Below, in pieces: positions 8,210 to 16,781 of a DNA stretch of 24,139 nt. The notes beneath the pieces were generated by a model. The model searched no databases and was not told the DNA's origin. It worked only from the letters and a program-made list of their open reading frames with translations. How positions within the stretch are numbered: position 1 is the first letter of the stretch; every line of letters starts with the position of its first letter. Made by a program: the position numbers and the translations under genes. The DNA lies in contig JBBISH010000101.1 of NCBI GenBank assembly GCA_037441385.1, positions 1-24,139 on the forward strand, given 5' to 3'. Source of the DNA: Myxococcales bacterium. GTDB taxonomy: Bacteria > Myxococcota_A > UBA9042.

Positions 8210-8418
8210 GGGCGGGCGTGGAAGCCCGCCCCTACTCGCGAAGGGCCATGATTCGGGATCGCGGGGTGTGGTGTGCGCGGGCGTACGAAGCTGGAACCGG
8301 GCGGGCGTGGAAGCCCGCCCCTGCTCCCGGTGGGAACGCGACGATGCGGGGCAGCGGCGTGTGGCGCGCGCGGTGTGCACGAAGCTGGAACCGGGCGGGC
8401 GTGGAAGCCCGCCCCTAC
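8210..8418 (-). repeat. REP array 3, downstream flank of RAYT: three REPs in inverted orientation
   Basis: GGGCGGGCGTGGAAGCCCGCCC-CT(A/G)C at 8210-8235, 8299-8324 (GCAG variant) and 8393-8418. Periods 89/94. Both linkers end ACGAAGCTGGAACC. Confidence 0.95.
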
Positions 8419-8511
8419 TCCTAGCGCGGGCCGAACTGGGCCCGCGGTCTGCCGTCCATCAACCCTGGCATCAGGGGTCAAAGTAACTGAAATACATCTG
8501 AAAATTGCGCC

Positions 8512-8566
8512 GCCCCTCGCCCAATGCTTTGGGAGAGGGGCAGACGCGCAGCGTCGGGGTGAGGGC
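8512..8566. repeat. BoxC-like hairpin element, possibly also a terminator between convergent RAYT and maeB
   Basis: GCCCCTCGCCCAA-TGCT-TTGGGAGAGGGGC hairpin, small GACGC/GCGTC hairpin, then a GGGGTGAGGG tail. The resemblance to BoxC-type repeats is from memory. Confidence 0.55.
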
Positions 8567-8625
8567 CAAGTCCCCCGCCAACAAAACAATTCTACCGCCA
8601 GTTCCGCCAGGTCCACGTCCCCGAC

Positions 8626-8640
8626 AGCCCGCCCCTACTC
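8626..8640 (-). repeat. Half-REP overlapping the maeB stop codon
   Basis: Minus strand reads GAGTAGGGGCGGGCT, 15/15 identical to the REP 5' arm with its GA flank. Confidence 0.7.
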
Positions 8641-10887
8641 GCCCGGCTCCGCCATCAGCGCCGTCATCGCCGTCACGCGCACGATCGACTCCACCGTCGC
8701 GCTGGGCGGCAGCACGGTGACGGGGTGGGCCAACCCCATCAAAATCGGACCGATTTCGTCGGCGCCACCGATCTTGTCCAGCAGTTGGTAGGCGGTGTTG
8801 CTGGCGGATAGGTTGGGGAACACCAGCACGTTGGCCGCGCCGGCCAGCTTGGTGTGGGGCCAGGCCTTTTGCCGCGCCTCGGGATCCAGCGCCACCTGCA
8901 CCTGCATCTCGCCCTCGATGTCCAGGTCAGGCCGGCGCTTTTGCACCAGTTGCGTCGCTTCGGCGACCTTGCTGGCCTTGGGGCTCAGGCTTTGGCCAAA
9001 GTTCGAGAAGCTGAGCATCGCCACGTGCGGCTCCATGCCCAGCGCTGTGGCAAAGTCCGCGGCGGCGATGGCGATGTCGGCCAACATCTCGGCATTGGGC
9101 TCGATGTTGACCGTCGTGTCGGCAAAGACCAGTGGGCCCTTGTCCGTCACCAGCACGTGGGCGCCGGAAGCGGCCCGCACACCCGGACGCAGGCCAACCA
9201 GCTGCAGCGCCTGGCGAATTGTCTCAGGATAGCCGTGGTGCAGGCCGGCGACCACGCCGTCGATGTCGCCGGCGTGCAGCATCATCAACGCCGCAGTCGT
9301 GGCGTCGGTCGTCAACGTCTGCTGGGCGCGCGGAGCGGTGGCGCCATGACGACCGCGCAACTGCAGGTAGGCCATCAGATCGCGCTCCAGCCCCGGCCGG
9401 TTGGCCAGCGGAACGAATTCCACGCCTTGCAGATCCACGCCCAGCGACACCGCCCGCTCGCGGATGGCCGCTTCGTCGCCCAACACGACCGGCTGGGCGA
9501 TGTGGTCTTCGACCAGCACGGGCAGGGCGCGCAGCACGCGCTCGTCGTCGGGCTCGCTGAACAAGATACGGCGGGTCTTTTGCTTCACGCGGTTGACCAC
9601 GTGGCGCACGATCGAGCGGGCCGGGCTCAGGCGCTCCATCAACTGCTCGCGATACGCCTCGACGTCCAGCGGCAGGCGCGCCACGCCCGAGTCCACCGCG
9701 GCCTGCGCCACCGCCGGCGCGACGTAGAACAGCACCCGCTCGTCAAAGGGTTTGGGCAGGATGTATTCGGGGCCAAAGCGCAAAATCTCGCCGCCGTAGG
9801 CCTGGCGCACCTGCTCGGGCACGTCTTCGCGGGCCAGCGCAGCGATTGCCTTGGCCGCAGCCAGCTTCATCTCGTCGTTGATGCAGCGGGCGCCCACGTC
9901 CAGTGCGCCGCGGAAGATGAAGGGGAAGCCCAAGACGTTGTTGACTTGGTTGGGGAAGTCGCTGCGGCCGGTGCCGATCACGGCGTCGGGGCGCGCCTCG
10001 CGGGCCATCGGATACGGGATCTCGGGGTCGGGGTTGGCCAGGGCAAAGATGATCGGCTTGTCCGCCATCTTCTTGATCATCTCGCCCGTGACCACGTTTG
10101 CGACCGACAGGCCGACGAACACGTCTGCCCCCACCAGCGCCTCGGCCAGGGTGCGCGCATCGGTCTTGCGCAAGTAGCGCTCTTTGCTGGCGTCTACGCT
10201 GCCGCGGCGGCCTTCGTGCAGCACGCCCTTGCTGTCGGTCATCATGATCTTGCCGCGATCGACGCCCACCAGGCACCACAGGTCCATGCAGGCGATCGCC
10301 GCCGCGCCAGCGCCAGAGACCACCACGTTCAGATCGCCCAGCTTCTTGCCCACCAATTCCGCGGCGTTGATGATGCCCGCGGCGGTGATGATGGCGGTGC
10401 CGTGCTGATCGTCGTGGAAGACCGGGATCTCCATGGTCTCGCGCAGGGCGCGCTCGATCTCGAAGCACTCGGGCGCCTTGATGTCTTCTAGGTTGATGCC
10501 GCCAAAGGTCGGCTCCAGCGCCTTGACGATCGCGATGATCTTTTGCGGATCGTGCTCGGCCAGCTCCAGGTCGAACACGTCGATGTCGGCAAATTTCTTG
10601 AACAGAACCCCCTTGCCCTCCATCACCGGCTTGCCGGCCAGCGGGCCGATGTCGCCCAAGCCCAGCACCGCCGTGCCGTTGGTCACCACCGCCACCAGGT
10701 TGCGGCGCGAGGTGTACAAGAAGCCCAAGTTGGGGTCGCGCTCGATTTCCAGGCAGGGCACCGCCACGCCGGGCGTGTAGGCCAAAGACAGGTCGCGCTG
10801 GGTCAGACAAGGCTTGGTGGGAACAACAGAAACCTTGCCGGGCCGGCCTTGCGAGTGGTAGGCCAGAGCTTCGTCGCGCATCGACAT
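8635..10887 (-). CDS. maeB: NADP-dependent malic enzyme with C-terminal phosphotransacetylase-like domain
   Basis: [91 protein letters not shown]-like tail [23 protein letters not shown]. Start ATG 10887 or 10881. Confidence 0.97.
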   Translation of the reverse strand: MSMRDEALAYHSQGRPGKVSVVPTKPCLTQRDLSLAYTPGVAVPCLEIERDPNLGFLYTSRRNLVAVVTNGTAVLGLGDIGPLAGKPVMEGKGVLFKKFADIDVFDLELAEHDPQKIIAIVKALEPTFGGINLEDIKAPECFEIERALRETMEIPVFHDDQHGTAIITAAGIINAAELVGKKLGDLNVVVSGAGAAAIACMDLWCLVGVDRGKIMMTDSKGVLHEGRRGSVDASKERYLRKTDARTLAEALVGADVFVGLSVANVVTGEMIKKMADKPIIFALANPDPEIPYPMAREARPDAVIGTGRSDFPNQVNNVLGFPFIFRGALDVGARCINDEMKLAAAKAIAALAREDVPEQVRQAYGGEILRFGPEYILPKPFDERVLFYVAPAVAQAAVDSGVARLPLDVEAYREQLMERLSPARSIVRHVVNRVKQKTRRILFSEPDDERVLRALPVLVEDHIAQPVVLGDEAAIRERAVSLGVDLQGVEFVPLANRPGLERDLMAYLQLRGRHGATAPRAQQTLTTDATTAALMMLHAGDIDGVVAGLHHGYPETIRQALQLVGLRPGVRAASGAHVLVTDKGPLVFADTTVNIEPNAEMLADIAIAAADFATALGMEPHVAMLSFSNFGQSLSPKASKVAEATQLVQKRRPDLDIEGEMQVQVALDPEARQKAWPHTKLAGAANVLVFPNLSASNTAYQLLDKIGGADEIGPILMGLAHPVTVLPPSATVESIVRVTAMTALMAEPGE

Positions 10888-11080
10888 GACAGTCTCGCAG
10901 CAGGGCAGGAAACGCCCAGGGGTGCCTAAGGTAACGCCAAACCTTGCCACTTCAAGGGCCACCCCACCCGCTTCCGGTCACAGTTCGGTCGCGCGCCTCT
11001 GCGTCGCCCTGGGGTTGCCAGCCGCAGCAGCCCGCCGCAAGATGGCCGCACCGACCGGCGGCAACGGTCATGGCCAGGCG

Positions 11081-11539
11081 ATGATTCCCGAACAGCAGCG
11101 CCTCATCGACGCGATGTGTGGCACTTGGCTCGGCGACCTGCAGTCCTTTCCGTCGCCTTGGGACCCAGCCGGCGGCGTCGCCCACGGCCGCACTCAGGCG
11201 CGGGCGATCCTGGGCGGGATGCTGGTCTCGAGCGACTACGCCGAAGAGCGCGACGGCGTCGTCACGTTCCGCGGCCACGGCGTCTACGGCTGGGATGTGG
11301 CGGCACAGTGCTACCGCATGTACTGGTTCGACACGGTGCAGCCCACGCCCACGCTGCTCCCGGCAAGCGGCCACTGGGACGACAATGTGTTGACGTTCGA
11401 GGTCGCGACCGACATCGCCGAACATCGCTACACTTATCACTTCTTGGAACCGGGCTACTACGAGTTCAGCATCGCGTTGCGGCGGGCCGGCCAAGACTGG
11501 CGCCTGTACGCCCGCGGCCAATATGCGCGCCAGGGCTGA
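11081..11539 (+). CDS. DUF1579-like small beta-barrel protein
   Basis: PEQQRL..CGTW, ILGGMLVSSDY, FRGHGVYGWD, YRMYWFD pattern. Start ATG 11081 or 11042. Confidence 0.7.
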   Translation: MIPEQQRLIDAMCGTWLGDLQSFPSPWDPAGGVAHGRTQARAILGGMLVSSDYAEERDGVVTFRGHGVYGWDVAAQCYRMYWFDTVQPTPTLLPASGHWDDNVLTFEVATDIAEHRYTYHFLEPGYYEFSIALRRAGQDWRLYARGQYARQG

Positions 11540-11565
11540 CGCAAGGCGCGGAGTCGCAAAACACT

Positions 11566-12438
11566 ATGGGAAACATTGACTTTCGTGCCTGGCTGCAAAG
11601 GCGCTTGGCCCGGTCGGGTGAGTCGCTGGGTCGCGAGATCCTAAAGCAAATTCAGGCAGATCCGGCTCAGACCTATCCGATCGTTTTGGAGCTGCTGCGC
11701 GAGCAGGTGCGTCCCGGCATCCCGGTCGATCGGCAAGGCGTGGAGCACAGTTGCCTGGCCCACCCGCTGCTGGTGCTGGTGGGCGACCTGCAGCTGGACC
11801 AAGCCGTGCCGCACTTGGTTGCCGTGGCCGGCGAATTGGAAGGCGAGGAGCCGCTACTGGGCGACATCCTTGGTGTCTTGAGCAGTTTTGGCGAGGTGGC
11901 GTTGGAGCCCTGTGCCGCCGCCTATGCCGCCTCGCCCGACGTGGCCGTGCAAGATCGCTTTGTGCAAGTGCTCGCGTCGCTTGGGATCCGCCACCCGCGC
12001 ATCGCGGCGATCTTGTCCCGCCACTTGGAGCTGTCGCCGGATACCGCGCTTTTGGACGTGGCCGTCTACGGCGACCCCGATTTCATCGAACCGGCGCGCG
12101 CCGCTGTGGCCGATTTGCCGGTTGGCGAAGACGAAACCTGGGCCACAGTCGACGAATTGCAGAACGTCTTCAACGGTTATCAGGCTCTGACTGAGCTGGG
12201 CGCCAAGTTGACGCCGCAAGAGACCGAGCGCTGGGAGCAGTTGATCGAGCGCCACGACCGCCTGCTCGATCGGCTGGAAGGGATAGCGCCTGCCGCGCAA
12301 GATTCCGCCGCCGAGCCGCCGCCGCCGGTGCCCGACCCGGTCCGGCTCGCGCACCATCTGGGCCGCAACGACCCGTGCTGGTGCGGCTCGGGCCAAAAAT
12401 ACAAGAAGTGCCATTTGCGGGCGGGCGCTGACGGGTAA
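11566..12438 (+). CDS. SEC-C (zinc-binding) motif protein with helical HEAT-like body
   Basis: C-terminal LGRNDPCWCGSGQKYKKCH. ATG 11566 with GGAG upstream. Confidence 0.88.
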   Translation: MGNIDFRAWLQRRLARSGESLGREILKQIQADPAQTYPIVLELLREQVRPGIPVDRQGVEHSCLAHPLLVLVGDLQLDQAVPHLVAVAGELEGEEPLLGDILGVLSSFGEVALEPCAAAYAASPDVAVQDRFVQVLASLGIRHPRIAAILSRHLELSPDTALLDVAVYGDPDFIEPARAAVADLPVGEDETWATVDELQNVFNGYQALTELGAKLTPQETERWEQLIERHDRLLDRLEGIAPAAQDSAAEPPPPVPDPVRLAHHLGRNDPCWCGSGQKYKKCHLRAGADG

Positions 12439-12443
12439 GGGGC

Positions 12444-12465
12444 TTCAACTGTTGAATAGTTAAAC
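12444..12465. promoter_or_regulatory. AT-rich overlapping palindromes (possible operator)
   Basis: TTCAAC-T-GTTGAA-TAG-TTAAAC: three alternating hexamers, upstream of the FHA-MBL pair. Confidence 0.35.
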
Positions 12466-12588
12466 ATTTTTCCGTAGGCGCTTGCTGTCTCGCCCATTTG
12501 GGCGTTATCCTCGCGCCATAGCTGGTCCGCGCCAAGCGACCAAGAAGTCCATATAGATCGGGCGGTGCGCCGCAGGCGGGTGCAGGTG

Positions 12589-13059
12589 ATGGCGGAGCCC
12601 CACGACAACCAGGACAAGCCCCCGCCACTGCCTACCAGCTTGGCGCCGCGCCCCGACGTGCCCGCCGTGCGGCACGCGCAGTTGCCCGTTGGCCTGAACG
12701 CCGATCCGCTGGCGGCGCTGACGTCCGACAACGAAATTCCGGTCTTGCCCGTCCAATCGGTGTCGCGCCCGTGCATGTTGCAGCAGGTGCGCGGCCCGCT
12801 GGCGCCGCAATTCATCGAGCTGCGCGACACAGACATGGTGCTGGGGCGGGCCGACGACGTGGATGTCCGCATTCCTTCGTCGGCTTTGTCGCGGCGGCAC
12901 ATGCTCATCGAGCCGTATGCCTTTGGCCACCGCGTGACGGATCTGGACAGCGCCAACGGCGTCTTCTTGAACGAAGTGCGCATCCACTCGGCCGTTTTGC
13001 GCGACGGCGACGTGCTCCAGCTCGGCAACGTTGTGCTGCTCTACCACGAAGGGCGGTAA
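12589..13059 (+). CDS. FHA domain protein
   Basis: LGRADDVDVRI..SALSRRH and DLDSANGVFLN carry the conserved FHA G-R, S-x-x-H and N-G residues. Confidence 0.9.
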   Translation: MAEPHDNQDKPPPLPTSLAPRPDVPAVRHAQLPVGLNADPLAALTSDNEIPVLPVQSVSRPCMLQQVRGPLAPQFIELRDTDMVLGRADDVDVRIPSSALSRRHMLIEPYAFGHRVTDLDSANGVFLNEVRIHSAVLRDGDVLQLGNVVLLYHEGR

Positions 13060-13098
13060 CCGGTCTGGCGCCGCCTGGACCGCAGCAAGGGGAAGCGC

Positions 13099-13992
13099 AT
13101 GGCGTTCTTCGTCCGATTCTGGGGCACGCGCGGATCCATCCCCACGCCGGGGCGGGCGACCTACCGCTACGGCGGCAATACCTCGTGCGTCGAAATCCGC
13201 GTGGCCGAAACACTGTTCATCTGCGACGGCGGTACGGGCTTGCGCGAACTGGGCGCGGATTTGCTGCGCCGCTACGGCCAAACGCCCGTGGTCGCGCACT
13301 TTCTGTTCAGCCACATGCACTGGGACCACATCCAGGGTTTCCCTTTCTTTGCGCCGATCTACCAGCCCAAGAACACGTTCCATATCTACGGCACGCGGCC
13401 GGGCGATACCCGCTTCCATGACTTGCTCTCTGGGCAGATGCGGTCGTCGTATTTTCCAGTTGATTTCAGCGAATTGAACGCCAACATCGTGGCCAACGAC
13501 CTGGCCGAGGACGGCACGCGCATCATCGAGGGTGTGACGGTTCGCTGTTTGGCGCAGCGCCACCCCGGCGGCAGCTACGCGTATTCGCTCGAGCGCGATG
13601 GCTACAAGGTGGTCTACGCCACCGACAACGAGATCGACCTGATCTTGGCCGATCCGTCGCTGCCCCTGCGCGAGCCCGATGCGCCGCGGGATATTCCCAG
13701 CGAAGTCGTGGACTTCTGTCGCGATGCCGACTTGCTGATTGTCGACGGCCAGTACACCGACGCCGAGTACCGCAAGTACACTGGCTGGGGCCACAACCGG
13801 GCCACCACGGCCACGGACCTGGCGATCGCCGCCAACGTCAAGCAACTCGCGATCTACCATCACGATCCGATGCAGAGCGACAAAGACGTCGAGGCCAAGA
13901 TCGAGCTGTGCCGCGTCCGCGTCGCGCAGCAGGGCTCGTCGCTGTTCGTCTTTCCGGCGCGCGAAGGCGTGGAATTGCGCATCGATTACTGA
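13099..13992 (+). CDS. Metallo-beta-lactamase-fold hydrolase (phosphodiesterase-like)
   Basis: FWGTRGSIP, YGGNTSC, DGGTG, SHMHWDHIQG (HxHxDH), HPGG, YATDNE, DGQYT, WGH, HHDP. Confidence 0.92.
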   Translation: MAFFVRFWGTRGSIPTPGRATYRYGGNTSCVEIRVAETLFICDGGTGLRELGADLLRRYGQTPVVAHFLFSHMHWDHIQGFPFFAPIYQPKNTFHIYGTRPGDTRFHDLLSGQMRSSYFPVDFSELNANIVANDLAEDGTRIIEGVTVRCLAQRHPGGSYAYSLERDGYKVVYATDNEIDLILADPSLPLREPDAPRDIPSEVVDFCRDADLLIVDGQYTDAEYRKYTGWGHNRATTATDLAIAANVKQLAIYHHDPMQSDKDVEAKIELCRVRVAQQGSSLFVFPAREGVELRIDY

Positions 13993-14031
13993 GCGGCGCT
14001 GATCCTATCGCAACAAGTCGATTTATACGCA

Positions 14032-14097
14032 CCCCACCTGATTCGCGCCTGTACGGCTTGTCTGACCCGTTCTGCAACTGGCGAGAATCAGGCGGGG
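14032..14097 (+). repeat. 66-bp hairpin element, copy 1 (between convergent genes)
   Basis: CCCCACCTGATTCGCGCC...GGCGAGAATCAGGCGGGG. Ungapped homologues at 20540-20605 and 21878-21943 (inverted). Confidence 0.88.
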
Positions 14098-14157
14098 ACC
14101 CCGGTTCGGACCCGAAGAATTGCCCGAGTTTCCGATTCGATTCGGACGGAATTGGTA

Positions 14158-15183
14158 TTAGTGGGAATGCGGGTGGTCGTGCTCGCCTTCGTGCTGGCCG
14201 TCGCGCCCTTGATGGTCCAAGTGCCCGTTGTGCAAGTAGTCTACGTGGTCGCCGTGCTGCACGGTCAAGTGGCCACAGCCGGGCCCGTGGATATGGGCGT
14301 GGCGGTGCACTGCACGCACGTGCCAGGCGTCTAGCCCCAGGCCCACCAGACCCGCTACCACGACCTCTGCACCCGCCACCAACGCCTGTGCCGCGCCCAC
14401 CGGCAGGGTATACAGAAACGCCGCAAGATAGCCCAGGAACCCGGCGGCACCGCCCAAGATGGCCGCAAGCCACGCCGCCGTGACCAGATTCGGCGCCACC
14501 CGCAGCGCCGCCATGGCCGGCAGCACGGTGAAGGCGAATACCGGCAAAGCCCCTAAAATACGCGTTGTTACTGACACCGCCAGCGCCAGCGAGGCGACGA
14601 GCAACAGGCCCAGCAAACCCGTTGGCAGGCCGCGAACCTTGGCCCCATCTTCGTCGACCGCCACCTGGGCAAAGCCGCGCACGCCCACCAACTGCAGACC
14701 CAGCAGCCCGCCCGCTACCCAGACCAACTGCTGCAGGTCGCCGGGGGCCACCGCGACCGCCGAGCCGAACAGAATCGTTTCGATGTCTTGCACTTCCTGG
14801 ACGATGCGGGTGCCCAGCGCCAGCGTACCGGCCGCGCCCATCAAATACACCCAGCCCAGCCGGCCATCGGGCCGCCAGCGCGCGCCCCGATTGCCCCCCA
14901 CCAGCGCCAGCGCCGCCAGCGCCGTTGCCGTGGTCGAGCCGAGTGTGGGACCCAGCCAAGTGCCCGAAAGGCCAAGGTGAATCTGCGCCCAGAACGCCAC
15001 GGCCACGCCCAGTCCCGCCGCCTGCGACAGCGCAGCCGACAGGAACACCATCCGCCGCGCCACCACGAACACGCCCAAAAAGCCGAGCAGAGCGCCGGCC
15101 AGCACACCGGCCAATGCAGGGTCGCGGAACAGGTCCCACGCGTCGAAGAATTGCCCAAGCGTGGCCGCGCTTTCAGGAGGCAT
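14158..15183 (-). CDS. znuB: Zn/Mn-type metal ABC transporter permease with His-rich C-terminal extension
   Basis: LGVFVVARRMVFLSAALSQAAGLG, ILFGS, ILGALPV..LPA match the ZnuB family. The last 54 aa contain 16 His. Metal specificity is inferred. Confidence 0.88.
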   Translation of the reverse strand: MPPESAATLGQFFDAWDLFRDPALAGVLAGALLGFLGVFVVARRMVFLSAALSQAAGLGVAVAFWAQIHLGLSGTWLGPTLGSTTATALAALALVGGNRGARWRPDGRLGWVYLMGAAGTLALGTRIVQEVQDIETILFGSAVAVAPGDLQQLVWVAGGLLGLQLVGVRGFAQVAVDEDGAKVRGLPTGLLGLLLVASLALAVSVTTRILGALPVFAFTVLPAMAALRVAPNLVTAAWLAAILGGAAGFLGYLAAFLYTLPVGAAQALVAGAEVVVAGLVGLGLDAWHVRAVHRHAHIHGPGCGHLTVQHGDHVDYLHNGHLDHQGRDGQHEGEHDHPHSH

Positions 15184-15910
15184 GGGCCCCCCGGCGGGTC
15201 ACGTGGACGCCAAAGCGCGCGTCAAAGGCCGGATGCGCCACCACCTGCTCCAGCGGCCCCGGCACCACCACGCCTTGGTCCTTGTCCACAAAGATGGCGT
15301 GGGTGGCAAAATGGCCCAAAGCGCCCAGGTTGTGGCTGACCAGCAGCAGGCCCAGACGCCGGCGATCGCGCAATTCGCCCAGAAGCTCGAACACCTGCCG
15401 CTCGGCGTGGACGTCCATGGCGCTGGTCGGCTCGTCCAGAATCAGCAGGTCGGGTTGGCCGGCCAACGCTTGGGCCAGCAGTACGCGCTGTTTCTGACCC
15501 TCGGACAGGTGCAACCACGGCTCGCGGCAAAGATTTTCCACGCCCACGTCGCGCATGGCCTGGGTGACCGCGGGGTTGGCGGCAAACGGCCAGCGCGGCT
15601 TGGCAAACGACCAACCGCGTTCCGCGCCTGCGCGCACCAAGTCCACCACTCGCGCCGGCACACTGGGGTCCAGCTCGCTGCGCTGGGGGACGTAGGCGAT
15701 GGCGCTGCCCGGGTGGCCCAACTGGCCGCCCAGCGCGGGCAAAAGCCCAAGCAGCGTCCGCAGCAATGTGGTCTTGCCGGCGCCGTTGGGCCCGATCAGC
15801 GCCCAGGTCTCGCCGCGCTGCACGCGCAGATCGACGGGCGGCAGCAGCGGTCGGCCGCGGTAGCCGACCTGCAAACCTTGGCACAGCAGCAGTGGCGCGT
15901 CACTTTCCAA
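15173..15910 (-). CDS. znuC: Zn/Mn-type metal ABC transporter ATP-binding protein
   Basis: Walker A GPNGAGKT, YVPQ, signature LSEGQKQR, Walker B LILDEP, VSH. TTG 15910 with GGGAAGGA upstream taken as start. Overlaps the permease start. Confidence 0.88.
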   Translation of the reverse strand: MESDAPLLLCQGLQVGYRGRPLLPPVDLRVQRGETWALIGPNGAGKTTLLRTLLGLLPALGGQLGHPGSAIAYVPQRSELDPSVPARVVDLVRAGAERGWSFAKPRWPFAANPAVTQAMRDVGVENLCREPWLHLSEGQKQRVLLAQALAGQPDLLILDEPTSAMDVHAERQVFELLGELRDRRRLGLLLVSHNLGALGHFATHAIFVDKDQGVVVPGPLEQVVAHPAFDARFGVHVTRRGAHAS

Positions 15911-16110
15911 GCCAATCCTTCCCGATCCGTCCGGTTTCTGGCCTCTGGGCTGCTCGCCCGGCCGCTCCCGCCAAGCAGTGTGCCCCCAACCGGCCGACCA
16001 CAGCAACCATCGGTGGCCGCAGGTTGTTCCCAGCCGCGGCGATTTGCACCCGAATCCGCCAACCCGTAAGATTCGCGCCCCGCCGGCCGAGCGGCCGCCG
16101 CCAGGACCGC

Positions 16111-16761
16111 ATGCTCCACGAACAGCTTCATCACCTGATCACCTGGTACTTTGGCATCATCTTGGATTACGGCTACAGCGCCGTTGCCCTGATGATGGCG
16201 CTGGAATCCACCGTTGTCCCAATCCCCAGCGAAGTCATCATCCCGCCGGCCGCCTACTGGGCGTCGCAGGGCAAGCTGAGCCACGTGGGCGTGGTGCTGG
16301 CCGGCACGCTTGGCTCGCTGGTCGGCGCCGTGATCATGTACATCGCCTCGCGCTACATCGGCCGGCCGCTGCTGATGCGCTACGGCAAGTATCTGCTGCT
16401 GCCGCCTGCAAAAATCGAGGCGGCCGAGCGCTTTGTCGAGCGGTACGAAACCGGCGGCATCTTCTTTGCCCGTCTGCTGCCCGTCGTGCGCCACCTGGTG
16501 GGCATCCCCGCCGGCTTGGTGCGCATGAAGCTCGGCAGCTACGCGCTGATGACCACCATCGGCTCGGCGGTGTGGTGCAGCGTGCTGGTGTGGTTTGGCG
16601 ACGCCGTCCTGGGCGATCAGCCCAACCTGCTCAAAGACCAGGACGCGCTGGCCAAGGCCCTGAAAGACAAATCGCTCATGATCGTCGGGGCGGTGCTGGT
16701 GCTGGCCATCGCGTACGTGGCGATGGTGCGCATGACCAAGCGCAAAGACGACGCGAAGTAG
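16111..16761 (+). CDS. DedA family membrane protein
   Basis: MALESTVVPIPSEVIIPPA, GSLVGA..Y..SRYIGR, FFARLLPVVRHLVGIPAG. AGGA before ATG 16111. Confidence 0.93.
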   Translation: MLHEQLHHLITWYFGIILDYGYSAVALMMALESTVVPIPSEVIIPPAAYWASQGKLSHVGVVLAGTLGSLVGAVIMYIASRYIGRPLLMRYGKYLLLPPAKIEAAERFVERYETGGIFFARLLPVVRHLVGIPAGLVRMKLGSYALMTTIGSAVWCSVLVWFGDAVLGDQPNLLKDQDALAKALKDKSLMIVGAVLVLAIAYVAMVRMTKRKDDAK

Positions 16762-16781
16762 CTCAAGCCAGCGATCGCAGA

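Larger units (their letters stand above)
7453..8418 (+). mobile_element. REPtron: RAYT gene flanked by inverted REP arrays
   Basis: Four REPs on the + strand upstream and three on the - strand downstream of an HUH transposase. No tnpB. Confidence 0.85.

Noticed and set aside
8854..10491. 545-aa plus-strand ORF (likewise 12505-13863, 15161-16069, 22831-24009)
   Set aside because: Antisense shadows of well-supported genes, with no motifs of their own.
12361..12414. secA
   Set aside because: Only the C-terminal SEC-C motif is present. The protein is about 290 aa with no ATPase motifs.
14032..14097. Integron attC site or known riboswitch for the 66-bp hairpins
   Set aside because: No RYYYAAC/GTTRRRY ends, no integrase, adjacent genes are not co-oriented cassettes, and two copies lie between stop codons, where a riboswitch would not act.
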